From positions 19,113-83,112 of the forward strand of contig JALNJZ010000006.1 of the NCBI GenBank assembly GCA_023261845.1: 64,000 bases of DNA, in the 5' to 3' direction. The position numbers and the translations under genes are program-made. The notes under the pieces are model-generated. The model saw only the letters and a program-made list of their open reading frames with translations, ran no database searches and was not told where the DNA came from. Origin of the DNA: Candidatus Terraquivivens tengchongensis. Lineage in GTDB: Archaea; Thermoproteota; Nitrososphaeria_A; Caldarchaeales; Wolframiiraptoraceae. Below, piece after piece: positions 46,096 through 55,647 of the stretch (the stretch's first letter is position 1; each line of letters starts with the position of its first letter).

Positions 46096-46752
46096 ATGTT
46101 CGTACTGCTTTCGCATAAACTCAGCACTTCAACACCTGCATATGCTGGAGGTCCAAATCTTGTGTTGAAACCTTTGAAGCAGATAACTAAGGGTGACAGT
46201 AGCAACAGCTACATAATAGAGATGCCGAACCATTTGGGAACGCATGTGGATGCACCCCGGCACTTCGACCCTTCTGGACGCTCGATAGCCGATTACGGGA
46301 TAGAGAGCCTGATCTTTAGAAAACCATTGCTGCTCAACATACCGAAGCGAGATTCGGAGCTGATCATGGCTGAAGAGTTAGAAGCGCATAAGGATAGGAT
46401 TGCAGAGGCAGACATACTCCTGATAAAGACCGGATTCCAGAAGTTTAGGTTGTCCGATCCCGAAAGGTACAGCATGCATAACCCAGGCTTCTCTTCGAAT
46501 GCCGCCAGCTATATCGTCAAAAACTTTCCAAAGCTCAGAGCCTTGGGTTTGGACACGGTATCCCTGTCCTCTGTTGACCACAGAGAGGACGGTAGGCTTT
46601 CGCATAAGATATTGCTGAGCGGTAGGGATTTCTTTATCATAGAAGACATGGACCTTTCTAAGCTCTCCGAAAGCCCAAAAACGATAATGGTCATACCGCT
46701 CTTCATAGAGGGTATCGATAGCGCCCCTTGTGTGGTACTCGCCGAGATCTAG
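46096..46752 (+). CDS. Cyclase-family protein (kynurenine formamidase-like)
   Basis: HLGTHVDAPRH metal-binding motif (HxGTHxDxPxH). Confidence 0.7.
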   Translation: MFVLLSHKLSTSTPAYAGGPNLVLKPLKQITKGDSSNSYIIEMPNHLGTHVDAPRHFDPSGRSIADYGIESLIFRKPLLLNIPKRDSELIMAEELEAHKDRIAEADILLIKTGFQKFRLSDPERYSMHNPGFSSNAASYIVKNFPKLRALGLDTVSLSSVDHREDGRLSHKILLSGRDFFIIEDMDLSKLSESPKTIMVIPLFIEGIDSAPCVVLAEI

Positions 46753-46888
46753 CTATCGTATTAAACGATCCTGAAATTTTTCGGAACAAAGTTACACGTT
46801 AATGAAAAAGAATACATATTCTCTTACGAAAGACGTAAACATTATGCTTAAATACGTATAATAGTAACGATAAACATACGAATCGGCC

Positions 46889-48286
46889 ATGAGACCTGTC
46901 ATCCTCGATTCAACCTTACGTGAAGGGCAACTTTACAAGATTTTTAGCCGTGAGGTCAACATGCAGATAGCCGTTCAGCTGGCAGAGATAAATATTCCAA
47001 GGATAGAGCTGACTGTTGATTATCCGCCTAGAACTACGCATGAGGACATAGCCTGCATCGTAGACGCGCTGAGTCCTTACGATGTAGAGGTTGTGATGCA
47101 TGGCAGGGCTTATCAAAGGGATGTAGAGGCTATGAGTAAGTACGACATCGAAGGTTGTGCCCTTTACCTCGCACCGACAGACATTCATAGGGAGTACAAG
47201 TTAGGTGGCATATCTTATGAGGAAGCTGTTCGGAGGATGGCAGAATCAATAGAATTGGCAAAATCCTTTGGCTTCAAGTATATCAGAGCGACGGTCGAGG
47301 ATGCGAGTAGATTTTACTTAGAGGGTCCAGCAGGTATTGAGAAGCTTGAGAGGCTTATCGACTTCTTAGGCGATGTAGGCGCCAGTTTAGTCAGCGTACC
47401 GGATACAGCTGGTATGCTATCTCCGACCCAAGCTAAAGACTTCGTGTCGAAGATAAAGCAGAAATGCAAGACACCAATAGCGTGTCACTTTCACAACGAC
47501 TACGGTTATGCCTCAGCTAATACTGTCGAGGCGGTAGCTGAAGGGGCGGATGAGGCGCACGTATGTATACTCGGAATCGGTGACAGAAACGGGATAGCAG
47601 ACCTTTACGAGGTTGTTGCAGGGCTGGAAGATTTATACAACGTAGACACTGGCGTGAAACGTGAGGCTATTTCTAAACTCTACGAAAAATTTTCAAAGCT
47701 TACAGGCATAAGACCCTACTTCTCCCATCCGCTTTCGAAGGAGGCGAGGACTGTTAGGGCAGGCGTGCATCAATCCATGGTCGTTAAGATGCCGAAGGGA
47801 TATGTTCCTGAAAAGAAGCTGATATACGACTTTAACGGAAGCCTCATGTTTGAGGCTACTCCATACTTGAGCCACAAAATTGTTGAAAAGCTCCTATCAA
47901 AGTACGGAGTCAAGGACGATGAGGCGAAGAAGATCACAGAGATTCTCGCCTCAAGCGCCAGTAGCAAAGGAAGAAGACTCCTGCCCTCAGAGGTTAGGGA
48001 GATTCTGGTGAACGCTGGCATACCCGTCAAGATGGAAGAGATCTCGAGCCTGTTCGGAGCCGAGAGCGCCTACATACTGATAAGGCTGAAACCACAGTTC
48101 CCTGCATCGAAGATAATAAGCGAGCTCATTACGTGGGATGATGTGGAAAGCATAGACGAGGTTTACGGCGACGTGGACATGATAATAAAGGCAAAGGTGT
48201 TACCGAGTGACGATAACGTGGTTTCTCGCCTTAAGAAGGCTTTTTCCGGCGTTGTCGAAGACGTTAAGGTCCTAATCACTGACTAA
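46889..48286 (+). CDS. DRE-TIM metallolyase (2-isopropylmalate/citramalate/homocitrate synthase family), divergent
   Basis: DSTLREGQ (compare DTTLRDGEQ), HFHNDYGYASANTVEAV (HxH metal site) and a C-terminal regulatory-like domain. Confidence 0.55.
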   Translation: MRPVILDSTLREGQLYKIFSREVNMQIAVQLAEINIPRIELTVDYPPRTTHEDIACIVDALSPYDVEVVMHGRAYQRDVEAMSKYDIEGCALYLAPTDIHREYKLGGISYEEAVRRMAESIELAKSFGFKYIRATVEDASRFYLEGPAGIEKLERLIDFLGDVGASLVSVPDTAGMLSPTQAKDFVSKIKQKCKTPIACHFHNDYGYASANTVEAVAEGADEAHVCILGIGDRNGIADLYEVVAGLEDLYNVDTGVKREAISKLYEKFSKLTGIRPYFSHPLSKEARTVRAGVHQSMVVKMPKGYVPEKKLIYDFNGSLMFEATPYLSHKIVEKLLSKYGVKDDEAKKITEILASSASSKGRRLLPSEVREILVNAGIPVKMEEISSLFGAESAYILIRLKPQFPASKIISELITWDDVESIDEVYGDVDMIIKAKVLPSDDNVVSRLKKAFSGVVEDVKVLITD

Positions 48287-49103
48287 TGAGTTCACTGATA
48301 TATTCTCCAATCACTTCTGCGCTAGTTAGTCCCCTGAAGATTTTGACTATGTTTCCGTCTTTATCCATCAACACCATGTACGGATACCCAGTTACTCCAA
48401 AAGCGTTTATGAGCTTACCTTCGGGGTCTATTCCTGTCTGCCAAGAGACACCATGTTCCTCGTTGAATAGTACAACATCTTTAACTGTCGCTCCGCTGGC
48501 TGTGCATACAGATAACACGTTGATTGTGTCGTTATAATTTTCCACGATTTTCTTTAATTCATAGGCCTGCATACTACAGTACTTGCACCAAGGCGACATG
48601 AGTTCTAACAATAAAGGCTTACCTCTAAAATTCGATAGGGTTACAACATCACCATTCAAAAGCTCAAACTCCACATGGAGGTATGGTTGCTCGTAGGGTC
48701 CTAGCTCTCCACCAACGTATGCCATCGCAACCACACCCACGATACCAATGAAAGAAACAATCAACGATATGCCCACAGTGTTTTTTAGCTTGGTTTGAAA
48801 GGTCTCCTTTTTAGAGGCGTAAAGTAATAGGAGTAGCATGCCCAGAACAAGTGTTGGAAGCAAGAAACTTAGGTTGACCTCCAGCATTCCAAACTTAACA
48901 TAATATCCCAGAAAGCTGACAAGTGCAGGGCTGCAAAGACAATCAAGACCAGGCTCTTTCGCTGCGAGGTTCGGAACACCTACGATCGCCGCTAATATGC
49001 CGGACACCAACCATATGGCAAACACCACAAACAACCCAAGGACCAATCTCACCAGAAACGAGTCCTTTGTGCCCTTTGTAGAAACTTTTGTCTTCTTTGA
49101 CAT
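48276..49103 (-). CDS. Membrane-anchored thioredoxin-fold thiol:disulfide oxidoreductase (TlpA/ResA-like)
   Basis: N-terminal TM region with CLC. C-terminal thioredoxin fold with WCKYC active site. Confidence 0.55.
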   Translation of the reverse strand: MSKKTKVSTKGTKDSFLVRLVLGLFVVFAIWLVSGILAAIVGVPNLAAKEPGLDCLCSPALVSFLGYYVKFGMLEVNLSFLLPTLVLGMLLLLLYASKKETFQTKLKNTVGISLIVSFIGIVGVVAMAYVGGELGPYEQPYLHVEFELLNGDVVTLSNFRGKPLLLELMSPWCKYCSMQAYELKKIVENYNDTINVLSVCTASGATVKDVVLFNEEHGVSWQTGIDPEGKLINAFGVTGYPYMVLMDKDGNIVKIFRGLTSAEVIGEYISELISQ

Positions 49104-49151
49104 TAAACCCAGAGTATTATAAGAGTGCCTATTCGTTAATTAAGTTTTTCC

Positions 49152-51248
49152 TTAATCGGTGAGCTCATAGATGTATACGTAGGCATAACTCCTGTATGGA
49201 GGACTTGACGAATAAATGAGCTTGAAGCCACTTACGTTGGGCTCCTCATAATAATGTACGACGTTGCCGTCTTCAGTGCTCGGCTTGTAGGGTATAAGCT
49301 GACCGAGTAACGTTTCCTTCCAAAACTTATCCGTGGCACCCTCGGTTAGCGGTTTCGTCGGGTCATAGTAGTCATTCTCGTTGAAAGGTTGTATGCCGAG
49401 CTTATCCGCTTCTTGGTTTGCTATCTTCAGCATCCAGACCCATTTTCCTTCATCACCATAACCAAGCAACCTCGGAAAATACTTACCAGCGTACGGTACA
49501 ACCTCATGCGTTACGAATATTAGAACATGCGTCGCACCATGCTGCTTTAGTATCTGAGCAGCTTTTTCAGGTGGTGACATGAATGCAAGGGCCAATACTC
49601 CAATCTGTGTGCTATTCGTGGTAGAGTTATCGGCAAGCGTCGTTTTGTTCCCCATCACCGTAATCCAATAACCATAGTCCCACCATGCAGCAACGACTGC
49701 ATTGTCCGGGAGGTTGTCCCTCATCCATGACAAAGCATTTACCCAATCAGGTATGTTTGCCGCAACTGGTAGTGTGCTCTGTATCACCGTAGGAGGAACG
49801 TAGGCCTGGTCTATTGGTGATAGGCTCGGTAAACTTCTACCGATGAGAAAGGAGGGCGCTAACGGAACTGCTAATAGCAATACCACGAGTATAGGGGTCA
49901 CAATTGCATATTCTATGGGAACTTTTTCGCCTTTCCTCCTTTTAGTCTTGATTGTGATCATGTTCCCAAGCGAGTTGAATATTCTACTGATCGCGTATCC
50001 AGAGGTTATGGCGATGAACGGTGCGGCTAATACAGATAACCTTACCATGGATGCTGAGAAGTATATACTGAAGACGGTAAGAGTGGAGATGAATATTGCC
50101 TCGTCAGTTCCTTCCTTCAACATGTAATAAATTCCTACTGGAGCGAACACCAAGAAGAATCCTAAGTCCGTGAACATCGTCACCCAAGTACTTACCTGGT
50201 TCTCCGCAACCGATATCAGAATTGGCAAATCGCCCCTTATACCTGGCAGTAACGTCGAAAGGAACTTAATGCCCGGAAGGGTGGCTAGAACACCAACCGA
50301 TACCAGTAAAGCCACAGTCGTAATCCTAGGCACGAAGCTTCTTAGGAATTTATTACTGAAGTTGCTCGACAACTCAAAAACTACAAGCAAGACGAGGACG
50401 GACAGTCCAGTCATTATTGTCAGGTCACCTACATAACCCACACCGCCTAACTTAGGGACGGATGTGGCTATCGTTGACGATAACCCGAAGGTTATCGAAT
50501 AAGATACTAGAAGTTCCCTCCTGTATCGCCCTATGAATGAGAGTAACAAAGTTATTACGTGTATGAACATGAATGGAAATTTATGAGCACCCCAACATGT
50601 TGCGACGTATCCTAGGAAGAAACCAGATAAGACAGAGTAGACGGTCACCTGTTTGAAGCTCCTTCCTTTCTTGATGGCGTATATATACATAAGAAAGCTT
50701 ACCAACATGAAGGGAATGGAAATACTCTCGTCGTCAAACCAGCCTGCATGCGTCCTGCTTATGTTTGCATTACTTACCGCTAATGCAAACGCTGCCAATA
50801 GACCAGTCGACTTTCCTCCGACCTCCTTACCTAAGAAATAAACCACCAGTACCGCTACCATAGACATTATGACGGGAAAGACGACAGCTAGCTCCAAAAG
50901 GTTGACATGTATACCTATCGATGATAAAGAGAGATAAACGAACGCCAGTAAGAAAGGAAGTCCTGGATAGAAAGATCTGCTCACAAACTGCCCATAAGGA
51001 TACCAGCGCTCCATGTCTATCCAAGAGAAGTATTCGATAAAGCCCGACCATCCTCTTTCGACGATAAATTCAGCTTGGCGAAACTGCATCCATGGATCAA
51101 ACTCTGAGAGAAGAGCGCCCCATCTGATTGGCAGCATCCTGATGATGAAGGCAATTGTTAAAATGGACATTAATGCTGCAATCTCTAAGACAACGGGTCT
51201 AGACTTAAAAAATGTGCGAAAACTGCTTTTAATTTCCATAAATCTCAC
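49152..51248 (-). CDS. aglB: Archaeal oligosaccharyltransferase AglB (STT3 family)
   Basis: 698 aa. N-terminal 13-TM region. WWDYGYWI motif. Acidic loop motifs in TM loops. Confidence 0.9.
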   Translation of the reverse strand: MRFMEIKSSFRTFFKSRPVVLEIAALMSILTIAFIIRMLPIRWGALLSEFDPWMQFRQAEFIVERGWSGFIEYFSWIDMERWYPYGQFVSRSFYPGLPFLLAFVYLSLSSIGIHVNLLELAVVFPVIMSMVAVLVVYFLGKEVGGKSTGLLAAFALAVSNANISRTHAGWFDDESISIPFMLVSFLMYIYAIKKGRSFKQVTVYSVLSGFFLGYVATCWGAHKFPFMFIHVITLLLSFIGRYRRELLVSYSITFGLSSTIATSVPKLGGVGYVGDLTIMTGLSVLVLLVVFELSSNFSNKFLRSFVPRITTVALLVSVGVLATLPGIKFLSTLLPGIRGDLPILISVAENQVSTWVTMFTDLGFFLVFAPVGIYYMLKEGTDEAIFISTLTVFSIYFSASMVRLSVLAAPFIAITSGYAISRIFNSLGNMITIKTKRRKGEKVPIEYAIVTPILVVLLLAVPLAPSFLIGRSLPSLSPIDQAYVPPTVIQSTLPVAANIPDWVNALSWMRDNLPDNAVVAAWWDYGYWITVMGNKTTLADNSTTNSTQIGVLALAFMSPPEKAAQILKQHGATHVLIFVTHEVVPYAGKYFPRLLGYGDEGKWVWMLKIANQEADKLGIQPFNENDYYDPTKPLTEGATDKFWKETLLGQLIPYKPSTEDGNVVHYYEEPNVSGFKLIYSSSPPYRSYAYVYIYELTD

Positions 51249-51250
51249 CT

Positions 51251-51424
51251 ACTTTCCTCGTAAAATCCTGATATTTTGGGCGGATGGTTTCAGGGTCTTG
51301 CCACATTTAGGACAAACGTTCGCATACTCCCGAACTACTTCATTAAGCATCTTTAATTCATTGCCTTCGTACAACACATAACCGCAGTGTCCACAGACTA
51401 TTGTCAGCAAGCCGCCCACCGAGC
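51251..51424 (-). CDS. Small zinc-ribbon protein (about 57 aa, GTG start), absent from the ORF track
   Basis: Minus-strand translation ..GGLLTIVCGHCGYVLYEGNELKMLNEVVREYANVCPKCGKTLKPSAQNIRILRGK* has two CxxC pairs. The stop is 3 nt before the aglB start. Confidence 0.3.
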
Positions 51425-51435
51425 TATCCTCAAAA

Positions 51436-51948
51436 GTGTTTGTTAACGAGTTTTATATAGCTTTAGGAATCTTTAAAACTGACCACGATTGTTTAATATA
51501 TACAACATTCGGTAATGTGACGTTAAAGAACGGTGCTCGTGAAATGGAGAGGAAGCTAGAGGAACTTTACAACCGTCTTGCTGAGGCGTTTAGTAAGATT
51601 ATTTCGGCAAAGCAATTCAAGATAGGCCTTCCATTAGCTATTGCACTGTTTGTCGTAATCCTTATGAGTGGTCTTCTGTACTGTATCTCGAATCCAACAG
51701 CAGCAGTTATATTTGTAGGAGGCGTAGTGCGTGTTTTCATTCCTGACTATATGATGCAGACATACGGTGAATTATTCGTCATGTTTACATACTACCTCAT
51801 GGCCCTAATCGGCGCCGTACTTTACATAATGGCAGGAAGGGAGAGCTTTTTGGGCAGAAGGGTAAAGTACATGTACATCTTTAGTTTCATACTTTTGCTG
51901 ATAGCATTTGTCGGCATACTACTGGCTCTACAGGCAAAAATTGGGTGA
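51436..51948 (+). CDS. Membrane protein, hypothetical
   Basis: Four TM helices. The start may be the internal Met at about 51546. Confidence 0.4.
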   Translation: MFVNEFYIALGIFKTDHDCLIYTTFGNVTLKNGAREMERKLEELYNRLAEAFSKIISAKQFKIGLPLAIALFVVILMSGLLYCISNPTAAVIFVGGVVRVFIPDYMMQTYGELFVMFTYYLMALIGAVLYIMAGRESFLGRRVKYMYIFSFILLLIAFVGILLALQAKIG

Positions 51949-52620
51949 TCAGTCTATAGCTTCCACGCCCGCATCCGTTATCCTGAACCTTTGTTCAAAG
52001 GGCGGTCCGCCTTTTTCAACCTTAAGCAATCTGATGCCCGTAGGAATGTTCTCAACTCTGAATATGACGTCAGACCAGTACCCGACTATCCTGGATGCCA
52101 CAGGTTTTGTGCCCATGCCGGGTACCTCGTGAACTTGCCCCACTATGATTACCGGTATATCGTTTGTTAGCGCGACTTCTTTGAGTGATGCCGTCTGAAA
52201 CGTCAGCCTCTTGAATATGGACGCGTCCTCTTTCACTTCTCCCTTCATCTCTATTCTGTGTAGGTACGTGTAATCGTCAAGCACTATTAATCTCGTACCA
52301 AGCGAGGTACTCTCTAGCAAGCTTATGACCGCTGTTTCCTGCTCGTCGAAATCCTTAACTGGCGTAAGTATAAGCTTGGAAGCGTCTGCTCTGTTCGTGG
52401 AAAGCACTTGCAAGAGTCTTTTAACATGTATTCTTTGTCCACAATCTATCCATACAACCTTACCGCCGAGTTTAATAGCATTCGCGGCGGCTAGGAGTGC
52501 GAGGCTCGTTTTGCCGCTTTTCTCCTCACCATAGATGAAGTGGAGCGCACCACCTACGTAACCACCTATGCTCATGTCAAGCTTCGGCAGACCCGTAGGA
52601 ACGCGCACCATTCTCCTCAA
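51949..52620 (-). CDS. RecA-superfamily ATPase (RadB/KaiC-like)
   Basis: 223 aa. Walker A GEEKSGKTSLAL. Walker B LIVLDD. The size is RadB-like. Confidence 0.55.
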   Translation of the reverse strand: MRRMVRVPTGLPKLDMSIGGYVGGALHFIYGEEKSGKTSLALLAAANAIKLGGKVVWIDCGQRIHVKRLLQVLSTNRADASKLILTPVKDFDEQETAVISLLESTSLGTRLIVLDDYTYLHRIEMKGEVKEDASIFKRLTFQTASLKEVALTNDIPVIIVGQVHEVPGMGTKPVASRIVGYWSDVIFRVENIPTGIRLLKVEKGGPPFEQRFRITDAGVEAID

Positions 52621-52692
52621 GTAGTCGTCACCAAACTCGCATTAAACGTTTAATACGGTGAGAGTTTTGAAGACGTCCAGAGGGGTCACGAA

Positions 52693-53457
52693 ATGGTAAG
52701 CTTAGCTGAGGTTGTCGTTGGTTTGTCTGAAACTAAAAAGCTTTACCTTGATGATGCTTACAAAAAAGAGGCAGAATCTCACATACTACGTTGGATAAGG
52801 GAGACGGGAAGAAAGGGCTACGTCGTCGTTGATGAAACGATAATGCATCCAAAATCCGGAGCTCAACCATCTGACCGTGGTGTTTTAGAGTCCACTGGTA
52901 TCACTTTCACGGTAAGCAAGGTCATGGAATACGGTGGCGTAATTGTGCACTACGGAGAGATAAGCGGCGGCGATTTTAAGGAAGGAATGAATGTAAAAAT
53001 GCGTCTTGACTGGGAAAGGAGATATAAAATAATGAGAACACATACTGCTGGCCATATAGTTGATTATGCTGTCGTAACGACCTACGGAAAACTTTTTCAA
53101 TCTCAGTCGGCGATGCACGATGTAGGACATGGTTTCCAAGAATACCTCGGCGAATATCTTGGCGATTTAAAGGAAAGAATAGAAGAAGTTGCCAACGAAG
53201 TTGTAGCATCAAGCAAACCTGTATTCGCAGAATATGTAAGTGTTCACGAACTGAGTAAGAAGGTCTTCGGTGCGCCTAACTTAAGTTGGTTGCCCCGTTT
53301 AGATGTTTATAGGATAGTAGTAATAGAGGGTATAAACGCGATACCATGTGGCGGAACACATGTAAAGAGCACATCTGAGGTTGGACGCATAAAGATCGAT
53401 TTGATTGAGCAAACCAGCAATGGTTTTAAGATAACCTATAGAGTTTTAGATTACTAA
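52693..53457 (+). CDS. alaX: Alanyl-tRNA editing protein AlaX (tRNA_SAD)
   Basis: HTAGHIV (HxxxH) and CGGTHV (CxxxH) zinc-binding motifs. Size is AlaX-M-like. Confidence 0.7.
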   Translation: MVSLAEVVVGLSETKKLYLDDAYKKEAESHILRWIRETGRKGYVVVDETIMHPKSGAQPSDRGVLESTGITFTVSKVMEYGGVIVHYGEISGGDFKEGMNVKMRLDWERRYKIMRTHTAGHIVDYAVVTTYGKLFQSQSAMHDVGHGFQEYLGEYLGDLKERIEEVANEVVASSKPVFAEYVSVHELSKKVFGAPNLSWLPRLDVYRIVVIEGINAIPCGGTHVKSTSEVGRIKIDLIEQTSNGFKITYRVLDY

Positions 53458-54251
53458 AATTCTCCGGAGAGGTTGTATTTTCTTACGAACCAATCGCCGA
53501 TACTTGGTGAGAGCGTGTTTAATGTGAGAAAAATTTTGACGTTTATCGGATTAGGTATTATGACTTCGGCCTTGTCTTTTTCTACAGCATCGAGTATCGC
53601 GGCCGCAACTTGTTCTGATGGTATGGGTTTTGTTATCTTTCTGTCGGGTAGCCTCAATTTCTTTATCAGAGGCGTATCAACGTATCCAGGATAGACACCT
53701 AAAACACGTATGCCTGTCCCATACAGCTCCTGCCTGAGAAGGTCTGTAAAACCCGTCAGAGCAAACTTGCTGCATACGTAGCCAGGGGGATGCTTCAGAG
53801 CTTTTTTGCCCTCAACCGACGAAACGTTTACTATAACACCCCTACCTCTCTTCAGCATCTCCCTTAAAGCTTTTAGTGTGCAGTAAACGGGTCCGAAGAA
53901 ATTCACCCTCATGACCTCCTCTATGTCAGATGGATCGGCCTCGGTCACCCTTCTTACATCATATATACCGACGCTGTTTACGAGTATGTCCAACGTCCCA
54001 AAAGTTTGGACTACCCAGTCGATAAGTCCCTCAGCCTGCTGTCTGACGCTTACGTCAGACGGGAACGGATAGGCCTCGAACCCTTCGGAGCGGAGAGTTT
54101 TCGCTATGGACTCGAGCTTATCAGCAGAACGTGCGGAGAGTATAGTCTTTGCCCCTTCCCTTGAGAAGGCTTCTGCTGTAGCTCTTCCTATTCCACTAGA
54201 TGCGCCAACAACAAGGACGACATGATTTTTGAATCGTCCGCCCTTTGTCAT
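53454..54251 (-). CDS. SDR-family short-chain dehydrogenase/reductase
   Basis: VVGASSGIGRATA (TGxxxGxG). NSVG. YxxxK. Confidence 0.8.
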   Translation of the reverse strand: MTKGGRFKNHVVLVVGASSGIGRATAEAFSREGAKTILSARSADKLESIAKTLRSEGFEAYPFPSDVSVRQQAEGLIDWVVQTFGTLDILVNSVGIYDVRRVTEADPSDIEEVMRVNFFGPVYCTLKALREMLKRGRGVIVNVSSVEGKKALKHPPGYVCSKFALTGFTDLLRQELYGTGIRVLGVYPGYVDTPLIKKLRLPDRKITKPIPSEQVAAAILDAVEKDKAEVIIPNPINVKIFLTLNTLSPSIGDWFVRKYNLSGEF

Positions 54252-54306
54252 AATTATGTATTGTGTAGCATTGTGTTTTTGAGTTTTGCCCTTAATGGTT
54301 CACGCA

Positions 54307-54933
54307 TTACTTACGAATTCTGCATAGGGTAGCCTTTAATTCTTTGAGTTTTTCCTCGTTCACGAATACGGGCAACTCTCCAAGGAACGTTAGATCGTCC
54401 TCATACCATGGCCCCTCTATCCATATAGAGGCTTTGCAAACGATTCTTCCGCCGGCCTTATTGGTCACACTTTCCAAGGCTTTTAGTGTGCCTCCCGTTG
54501 ATACCACGTCATCCAGAAGACAGACCCTTTTCCCCTTCAGGTATTCTGCATCTCCTCTAGTTAACACAAGAGTTTGTTTTTCGCTTGTCGTGATAGACTT
54601 CGCCTCTACGAGTAAATAGTCTGACATGTAAGCTTTGATGCTTTTCCTTGCAAAGACCATTCTATTATGACCAAGATTCTTTGCGACTTGGAACGCAAGC
54701 GGTAACGCCTTTGCCTCAGGCGCAACTACTACTTCTGGGTCCAAATGTCCAACCTTTCTAGAAATAAGCTCTGCTGCATGTGAAATGAACTCTATATCGC
54801 CCAAAACTAAGTCTGCATCAGAGGCTATCCAAAGCCCTTCATCAACCTGAACTATTGGCAACTCCCTTACGATGTCGCCGACTTTAATCCTGTAAGTAGA
54901 CTCTCCGTTGTAGAGCACGACTCTTTTCAGCAT
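54307..54933 (-). CDS. Phosphoribosyltransferase-domain protein
   Basis: PRPP-binding VCLLDDVVSTGGTL. ATG chosen at 54933. Confidence 0.6.
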   Translation of the reverse strand: MLKRVVLYNGESTYRIKVGDIVRELPIVQVDEGLWIASDADLVLGDIEFISHAAELISRKVGHLDPEVVVAPEAKALPLAFQVAKNLGHNRMVFARKSIKAYMSDYLLVEAKSITTSEKQTLVLTRGDAEYLKGKRVCLLDDVVSTGGTLKALESVTNKAGGRIVCKASIWIEGPWYEDDLTFLGELPVFVNEEKLKELKATLCRIRK

Positions 54934-54934
54934 A

Positions 54935-55645
54935 TTAAATGACCCCCACCCAATAATGTAAAATTGCAATCGATAGCATAACGAGAGAAGTTGTCATCAA
55001 CAATATGTCCAAAGGACCGAGCCTTTCACCGTTCCTTCGCTTTTTGTCAAGCGAGAATATCTTTAATTTCATAGCAAGCACGAGCTTTTCAGCATTCTCG
55101 ATACTCTTTACTAACAACGGTGTTAAAACGAACGTATAGTTTTTAATCCTTTTGATGAGCGAGCCTTTGTCAAACTCCAGACCTCTTGACGATAGAGCCT
55201 CTTTGATAGCATGGTAATCATCCGCTACGGTGTAGATGTGCCTAAAAGCCAGACCAGTTGTGAACACTACTCCGTATGGTACACCAAATAGTGAAAGCCC
55301 CTTCATCAGCTCTCCTGGCTTAACTGTTGCTAAGAACCCATTCGATATCATTAAAATTGTGAATAACCTTGTCGCCATGAAGCTTCCTAGCTGCCAATCT
55401 AGGCCAGTCCCTCCATATTGGAAGAGGGACCAATTATGTAGCAGGGACCATACTACAAACGCGACGATGACCATGGGAAGTATCATCTTCAAGCTCTTAC
55501 TGACTAAGGAAGCTCCCTTAATGGCCACCGTTGCAAATGCAATAGCTAAGAGGATGAGTATGCACCAAAAGTCCTTACAAATGAAGGTAAGGGCCATGAT
55601 CGAGAAGAAAAAGATCAACTTGCTTCTACAATCAAGCCTTGGCAT
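54935..55645 (-). CDS. ecfT: ECF transporter transmembrane component (EcfT/CbiQ)
   Basis: Polytopic. Conserved AR.RG-like region. Directly follows the duplicated ATPase. Confidence 0.65.
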   Translation of the reverse strand: MPRLDCRSKLIFFFSIMALTFICKDFWCILILLAIAFATVAIKGASLVSKSLKMILPMVIVAFVVWSLLHNWSLFQYGGTGLDWQLGSFMATRLFTILMISNGFLATVKPGELMKGLSLFGVPYGVVFTTGLAFRHIYTVADDYHAIKEALSSRGLEFDKGSLIKRIKNYTFVLTPLLVKSIENAEKLVLAMKLKIFSLDKKRRNGERLGPLDILLMTTSLVMLSIAILHYWVGVI

Positions 55646-55647
55646 AA

